The notes beneath the pieces are model-generated. The model did no database searches. It saw nothing but the letters and a program-made list of their open reading frames with translations, and was not told the DNA's origin. A program made the translations under genes and the position numbers. From Acidimicrobiia bacterium (GTDB lineage: Bacteria; Actinomycetota; Acidimicrobiia; Spongiisociales; ZC4RG35), in assembly GCA_965203555.1 (NCBI GenBank), contig CBDBCY010000004.1, positions 768,001 through 832,000 of the forward strand: a stretch of 64,000 bases of DNA. Reading direction: 5' to 3'. Position 1 is the stretch's first letter. Each line of letters begins with the position of its first letter. Of this stretch, positions 59,070 to 64,000 are shown in pieces.

Positions 59070-59630
59070 GTGGAAGAGCTGCGCAAGAGAATCCTGGAGG
59101 CCGGGAGGGTCGAGTCCCAGTTGGTGATCGTGGACAGTTTCCTCAATCACCGCACCGACCCCGAGCTGATGACCAAGGTGGGGTATTGGTTGGCTGAACG
59201 ACTGGGAGACTTCGATGTGGCGGTCACCGCCGAAGCATCCGGGATTCCGGCGGCTTTTGCCACCGCCCGGGCGGCGGGAAAGCATTTCATCTATGCCAAG
59301 AAACAAAACCGTCGGCTCGATCCGCAATTGCACCTGATCCGGCAGATCAGTTCCCCCACCAAGGGTGGTACGACCTGGATCACCATTCGCAAGGAACTGC
59401 TGGGACAGGGAAAGAACGTGGTGATTGTGGACGATTTTCTTTCCCGGGGACGTACCGCCGAGGCTCTCGGTTCCATGATCGAAGAGTCCGGAAACCGGTT
59501 GAAGGGGTTCGGCTTCGTAATAGAGAAGACCTTCACCGGCGGGCGGTCCCTGCTTGAAGAGAATGGATGGAAGGTCGAGTCGGCCGCCATCATCGATTCG
59601 ATCGAGGACAACCGGATCATCGTTCGGTGA
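59070..59630 (+). CDS. xpt: Xanthine phosphoribosyltransferase
   Basis: VDSFLNH..DP, TAEASGI, PRPP motif VIVDDFLSRG and IEKTF. Confidence 0.88.
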   Translation: MEELRKRILEAGRVESQLVIVDSFLNHRTDPELMTKVGYWLAERLGDFDVAVTAEASGIPAAFATARAAGKHFIYAKKQNRRLDPQLHLIRQISSPTKGGTTWITIRKELLGQGKNVVIVDDFLSRGRTAEALGSMIEESGNRLKGFGFVIEKTFTGGRSLLEENGWKVESAAIIDSIEDNRIIVR

Positions 59631-59693
59631 TTGCCGATAGAAACTGAAAAGCACTAGCCTCAACTTCACGTACTCATTGCAAGGGAGCCCTCA

Positions 59694-60080
59694 ATGGCAG
59701 TGAAATTCCTAAGCCCTGAATGGCTGGCAGAAGTAACCACCGCCCTGGAAAACCACCAAGGTTTCCAAGACGCGGCCCGAGGCATAGAAATGGGTATCCA
59801 GTTCAATGTGCTGGACGCACCCTTCGGTGACACCGGTTATCACCTGGTGATCACCCCGCAGGCTGTCACCATCGCCCTCGGCCTCCGTGAAGATCTCGAT
59901 ATCACCATCAACCAGAACTACGAGACCGCCACGGCCATCATGAGGGGAGACCTCAATGTTCAGGCGGCGTTTATCACCGGCAAGATCAAGGTGTCGGGCA
60001 ATCTGGCCAAACTCATGGTCCATCGGGCCGGAGTGGAGCAGTGGCTGGAGGCAGTGAGCCATATAGAGGTCGACTACTAG
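59694..60080 (+). CDS. SCP2 sterol-binding domain protein
   Basis: FLSPEW and AFITGKIKVSGNLAKLM motifs. Confidence 0.88.
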   Translation: MAVKFLSPEWLAEVTTALENHQGFQDAARGIEMGIQFNVLDAPFGDTGYHLVITPQAVTIALGLREDLDITINQNYETATAIMRGDLNVQAAFITGKIKVSGNLAKLMVHRAGVEQWLEAVSHIEVDY

Positions 60081-60131
60081 AGGACTCCGACCCTGTCCTG
60101 CTGATCTTTCTCCCGGCTATCACCGGGTTGC

Positions 60132-61118
60132 TCAGACCATCCCCATTTCGACGACGGTGTCACGCTCTTTCACCAGTTCCGCGATCGACCGGTCGATCCT
60201 CTCCCGCGAAAAGTCGCCGTGCTCCAGTCCTTGCACGATCTCCCACTTTCCGTCCCGGGTCCGGCAGGGAAAGGAAGCGCACAATCCCTCGGGTACCCCG
60301 TAGGACCCGTCGGAGATCACCGCCATGCTCACCCAGTCATCGGCCGCAGTCCCCAACACCCAGTCGTGGATGTGGCCGACCGCCGCGTTGGCGGCCGAGG
60401 CAGCCGATGACTTGCCCCGGGCCTTGATGATGGCAGTGCCCCGTCCGGCCACCGTTGGGATAAAATTGTTCTCCACCCAGTCGTGATTTCCCACTACCTC
60501 GTAGGCGTTGCGGCCGCCTATTTCGGCGTGAAAGAGATCGGGATACTGCGTGGCGGAGTGATTCCCCCACACACTCATTTTCTTCACCATGCTGAAAGGT
60601 TGGCCTACCCGGTTGGCCACTTTGGCGATCGCCCGGTTGTGGTCGAGGCGAGTCATAGCGGTGATCTGGGCAGGGTCGATGTTCTTGGCGTTGGCGGCAG
60701 TGATGAAAGCGTTGGTGTTGGCCGGGTTACCGACCACCAGCACCTTCACATCGGGATCGGCGGCTTCCGATATCGCACGCCCCTGCTGAGAGAAGATCCG
60801 GCCGTTGGCCTCCAACAGATCGGCCCTTTGCATGTGCGCCATTCGCGGCATGGCGCCCACCAGCAACGCCACATCGGTGTCTGCGAAAGCCTGCTCTACG
60901 TCGGTGGTCAGCACCATGCCCTTCAGCAGGGGAAAAGCGCAGTCCTCCAACTCCATCGCCACGCCCTCCAAGGCCGGAAATCCGGGCACGATCTCCAGAA
61001 GCTGCAAGATCACCGGCTGGTCCGGTCCCAGCATCTCGCCGGCGGCTATCCGGAACAACAAGCTGTACCCGATCTGGCCGGCGGCGCCCGTTACGGTTAC
61101 CCGTTGCGGTCGACTCAT
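60132..61118 (-). CDS. mdh: Malate dehydrogenase
   Basis: [29 protein letters not shown] and WGNHS motifs. Confidence 0.97.
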   Translation of the reverse strand: MSRPQRVTVTGAAGQIGYSLLFRIAAGEMLGPDQPVILQLLEIVPGFPALEGVAMELEDCAFPLLKGMVLTTDVEQAFADTDVALLVGAMPRMAHMQRADLLEANGRIFSQQGRAISEAADPDVKVLVVGNPANTNAFITAANAKNIDPAQITAMTRLDHNRAIAKVANRVGQPFSMVKKMSVWGNHSATQYPDLFHAEIGGRNAYEVVGNHDWVENNFIPTVAGRGTAIIKARGKSSAASAANAAVGHIHDWVLGTAADDWVSMAVISDGSYGVPEGLCASFPCRTRDGKWEIVQGLEHGDFSRERIDRSIAELVKERDTVVEMGMV

Positions 61119-61276
61119 GAATCAATTCCCTTCTCGATAACCGGCTGACTGCCAGCACCAATGCTAAATGAAATCCGGCCGGGTAATCAATCCGCGGTGG
61201 GTTTTGATAGGCGAGGTCAAGTGGCCGGTTTCAATGGTGTGCTGTCTCTATCCTCGTCATTTCCGCGAGCGCGCTT

Positions 61277-62734
61277 TCAGGTGGAAAGCCTGGACAGGGC
61301 GTCCCTCAACCTTTCCAATGTCCTGTCTTTTCCCAAAGCAGCCAGTGACTCGAAGAGAGGAGGGCTGATAGAGGATCCGGTGACCGCCACCCGGACCGGT
61401 TGGAACCCTTTCCCGGCGCTGATCCCCATCTCGCTGATCAGATTACGCAGAGTCTGCTCCACGGTTTCGGTCCGCCAATCACCCAACGTCGCCAATGCGC
61501 CGATCGCCCCGGCAAGCACGTCACCTACCCCCTGCTTTCTCATTACCCTGCGCCACGACCGCGGGTGGTATTCGATCTGGTCCGACAACAGAAAACCAAG
61601 TTGGGGACCCACCTCCGACAGCAGTTTCACCCTCTCCTGGACGAGCGGGAGCACCGGACCGGTCTTCTCCCAGACCGCATCCGGAAGCGGGGCTCTCACG
61701 AATTCCTCGGCATAGGGCCGGGCGCGTGCTGAGAACTCGGATGTGGTGATACGGTTCCGTATGTACTCGCCGTTCATCCATTCCAGCTTCACCGGATCGA
61801 ACACGGCAGGACTGGAAGAAACATCCGCCAGGTCGAATGCTTCCACTGCCTCCCGGGGACTGAAGATGGTGACCTCCGGACCGATCGACCATCCCAGCAG
61901 CGACAGATAGTTGAACAGGGCCTCGGGCAGGAATCCCTTGCGCCGGTATTCACCCACATCGGTGGCGCCGTGACGCTTGGAGAGCTTGCGGCCATCCTGG
62001 CCGTGGAGGAGCGGAAGGTGGGCGTAGACCGGCTCGGGCGCCGACATCGCCCTGGTCAGCTGGATGTGGCGGGGCGTGGAGGGAAGGATGTCCTCCCCAC
62101 GCGCCACGTGGGTTATCTCATAGTCCACGTCGTCCACGGTGGACGCCAGGTGGTAGGTGGGAGATCCGTCGCTTCGTAGAATGATAAAGTCGTCGATCAC
62201 CCGGTGGTCGAAGCGAACCTCCCCTCTCACCATATCGGTGAAGACCGTCACCCCCGGGCGCGGCATACGGAATCTGATTACATGCCGTTCCCCCCTTGCA
62301 AGACGTTGCTCGACCTCCCCGGCTTCCAAAGACCTGCACCGTCCGTCGTATCCTGGCGGACGTCCCGCCCTCTGAGCCTCTTTTCGGCGCTCCGCCAGTT
62401 CTTCGGGGCTGCAAAAGCACCGGTAGGCGGTTCCATCTTCCACCAGTCGAGCCGCCACTTCCCGGTAGCGACCGAAGCGTCCGCTCTGCCGATACCGGCC
62501 GTGCGCACCGCCCACTTCCACTCCCTCATCCCAGTCGAGCCCCAGCCATCGAAGACCCTCCAGGATCTTTGCTTCGAATTCGGAAGTGGAACGTCGCCGG
62601 TCGGTGTCATCCACCCGTACGATGAAAACACCCTCGTGGCGGCGGGCATAGAGCCAGTTGAACAGGGCGGCGCGGGCGGTGCCGACATGCAGCAGTCCGG
62701 TCGGAGAGGGCGCCACCCGCAGACGGGGAGTCAT
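61277..62734 (-). CDS. gltX: Glutamyl-tRNA synthetase
   Basis: APSPTGLLHVG, ITHVARGED, KLSKR and an anticodon-binding domain. Confidence 0.96.
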   Translation of the reverse strand: MTPRLRVAPSPTGLLHVGTARAALFNWLYARRHEGVFIVRVDDTDRRRSTSEFEAKILEGLRWLGLDWDEGVEVGGAHGRYRQSGRFGRYREVAARLVEDGTAYRCFCSPEELAERRKEAQRAGRPPGYDGRCRSLEAGEVEQRLARGERHVIRFRMPRPGVTVFTDMVRGEVRFDHRVIDDFIILRSDGSPTYHLASTVDDVDYEITHVARGEDILPSTPRHIQLTRAMSAPEPVYAHLPLLHGQDGRKLSKRHGATDVGEYRRKGFLPEALFNYLSLLGWSIGPEVTIFSPREAVEAFDLADVSSSPAVFDPVKLEWMNGEYIRNRITTSEFSARARPYAEEFVRAPLPDAVWEKTGPVLPLVQERVKLLSEVGPQLGFLLSDQIEYHPRSWRRVMRKQGVGDVLAGAIGALATLGDWRTETVEQTLRNLISEMGISAGKGFQPVRVAVTGSSISPPLFESLAALGKDRTLERLRDALSRLST

Positions 62735-63483
62735 TCTCTCACCACCGGATTCACCAGCGCCCCGATCCCCTCGATCCGCACCTCCATGATCTCCCCCGGG
62801 TATGCAGGTCCTCCACCGTTGGTGGTGCCCGTCAGGATCACATCCCCGGGAAGGAGAGTCATCACGGAAGAGACGTAGGAGACGAGTTCACCCGGACCGT
62901 AAACCATCTCGGAAGAAAATGCCGACTGTCGCAGGTCATCATCGATCAGGCACTCCACCGGATGCTGCTCCAGCGGATCGAATTCGGTCTCGATCATCGG
63001 TCCCAGCGGGCAAAAGGTGTCGAATCCCTTGGCGCGCGTCAAGTGCTCGGGTCCGCCCATCAGATCAGGCAACCCAACATCGTTGGCGGCCGTGTAACCC
63101 AGAATGTAGGCGCCGGCATCCTCCACCCTGACGTGACGGGCGATCCGGCCGATAATCACCGCCAACTCGGCTTCATAGCTCACCGCCGAGGTCATCGCAG
63201 GCACAACTACCCCGGCGCCGGGACCCACCAGGGAAGTAGTGGGCTTCAAGAACAGATAGGGCTCGACAGGCTGATAGTCGTCCGGGTCGGCGTGGTTGCC
63301 GCCCACCCCGATCACCTTGGTGGGCAGCACCGGCGACAACACCCTTATCTCATCCCAGCCCAGCATCACTTCGGTGGGCTCCCAGACCACAAACGGAGAA
63401 CCTTCGTACAGGGTGACTCCTTCGATCTCGGCCACACCGTAGGCGATGTCGTCTCCGTAGCGAAACCGGACGATCTTTACCAA
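62731..63483 (-). CDS. Fumarylacetoacetate hydrolase family protein
   Basis: FLKP, YEAEL, ANDV, AKGFDTFCPLGP and PGDVILTGT motifs. Confidence 0.93.
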   Translation of the reverse strand: MVKIVRFRYGDDIAYGVAEIEGVTLYEGSPFVVWEPTEVMLGWDEIRVLSPVLPTKVIGVGGNHADPDDYQPVEPYLFLKPTTSLVGPGAGVVVPAMTSAVSYEAELAVIIGRIARHVRVEDAGAYILGYTAANDVGLPDLMGGPEHLTRAKGFDTFCPLGPMIETEFDPLEQHPVECLIDDDLRQSAFSSEMVYGPGELVSYVSSVMTLLPGDVILTGTTNGGGPAYPGEIMEVRIEGIGALVNPVVRE

Positions 63484-63489
63484 GGAGAT

Positions 63490-63969
63490 TCAGTCCAGGT
63501 CGGCAATCGCAGACCGCGCAGCACCCGGTGACAGGCCGAGAAGTTCGTCGCCGATCTCCTCCGCCGCGGCGGCCCCGGGCACCGGCTCATGTCGTGACTT
63601 CTTGAGCCAGCGACGACGGCGCTGGCTCGCGGGACCTGAGGCTGCGTCCTCGAACCCCAACAGGATCCGCGCCACCTCCAAGTCCTCCGGAACCGGCGCC
63701 CGTCCGAACAGGGAAGCCCGGGCAGACATCAGGGTCACCAACACCGGTTCGGCCTGACTCTCCTCTTCAGAAAGGCCGACCTGCCGGACAATCCGGTACG
63801 CCCAACCGGTGTCCGGCCCCGGGCGCCCGAACAGACCCCCGGGGGATACCTGATGGGGAGCGGTGATCATTCCCGGCCGGTCGGGACGCCATCGAGCCGG
63901 CGCCGCCGGGGTCAGAACCGCGCGTGGAAGGTCCTGGTCAGGTGGATCTATGTTGGGCTGGCGAGTCAT
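63490..63969 (-). CDS. Hypothetical protein
   Basis: Clean ORF on the same strand, ending 6 nt before the FAH gene; no family recognised. Confidence 0.7.
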   Translation of the reverse strand: MTRQPNIDPPDQDLPRAVLTPAAPARWRPDRPGMITAPHQVSPGGLFGRPGPDTGWAYRIVRQVGLSEEESQAEPVLVTLMSARASLFGRAPVPEDLEVARILLGFEDAASGPASQRRRRWLKKSRHEPVPGAAAAEEIGDELLGLSPGAARSAIADLD

Positions 63970-64000
63970 CTACGCAGAAGCAGCCGTCGGCCACTTACAC

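Overview
This is a high-GC bacterial chromosomal window. Gene content and order point to Actinomycetota, probably Acidimicrobiia; this is an inference from the pgsA-patA-pimA cluster, an MshD-like domain, Gram-positive SOS boxes, Ni-SOD and RNase Y. Most of it is housekeeping: sodN/sodX, korAB, moaA, hflX, the long minus-strand block pdxST-yebC-ruvCAB-queA-tgt-yajC-secDF-rel-hisS-aspS-rarA-ppgK, PIM lipid genes, EF-G2, citrate synthase, four tRNAs, dut, lexA/LysM, recA-rny-miaB-miaA-dapF, leuCD, xpt, mdh and gltX. Five things stand out. (1) A single ORF fuses a mycothiol-synthase-like tandem GNAT to threonyl-tRNA synthetase, with a cryptic promoter/RBS in the linker. (2) An accessory islet of about 3 kb between pimA and pdxS carries an IS1595 remnant, an MNT-HEPN fusion, a repeat/TM protein and two degraded nucleotidyltransferase-like genes. 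(3) An archaeal-type (class II) GAPDH-like gene. (4) A recA promoter region with both an SOS box and a RecA-NDp/PafBC-type motif. (5) A Ni-SOD gene missing from the ORF track, with a variant nickel hook. I saw no rRNA, CRISPR array or prophage. All calls come from motif recognition by eye; no searches were run.
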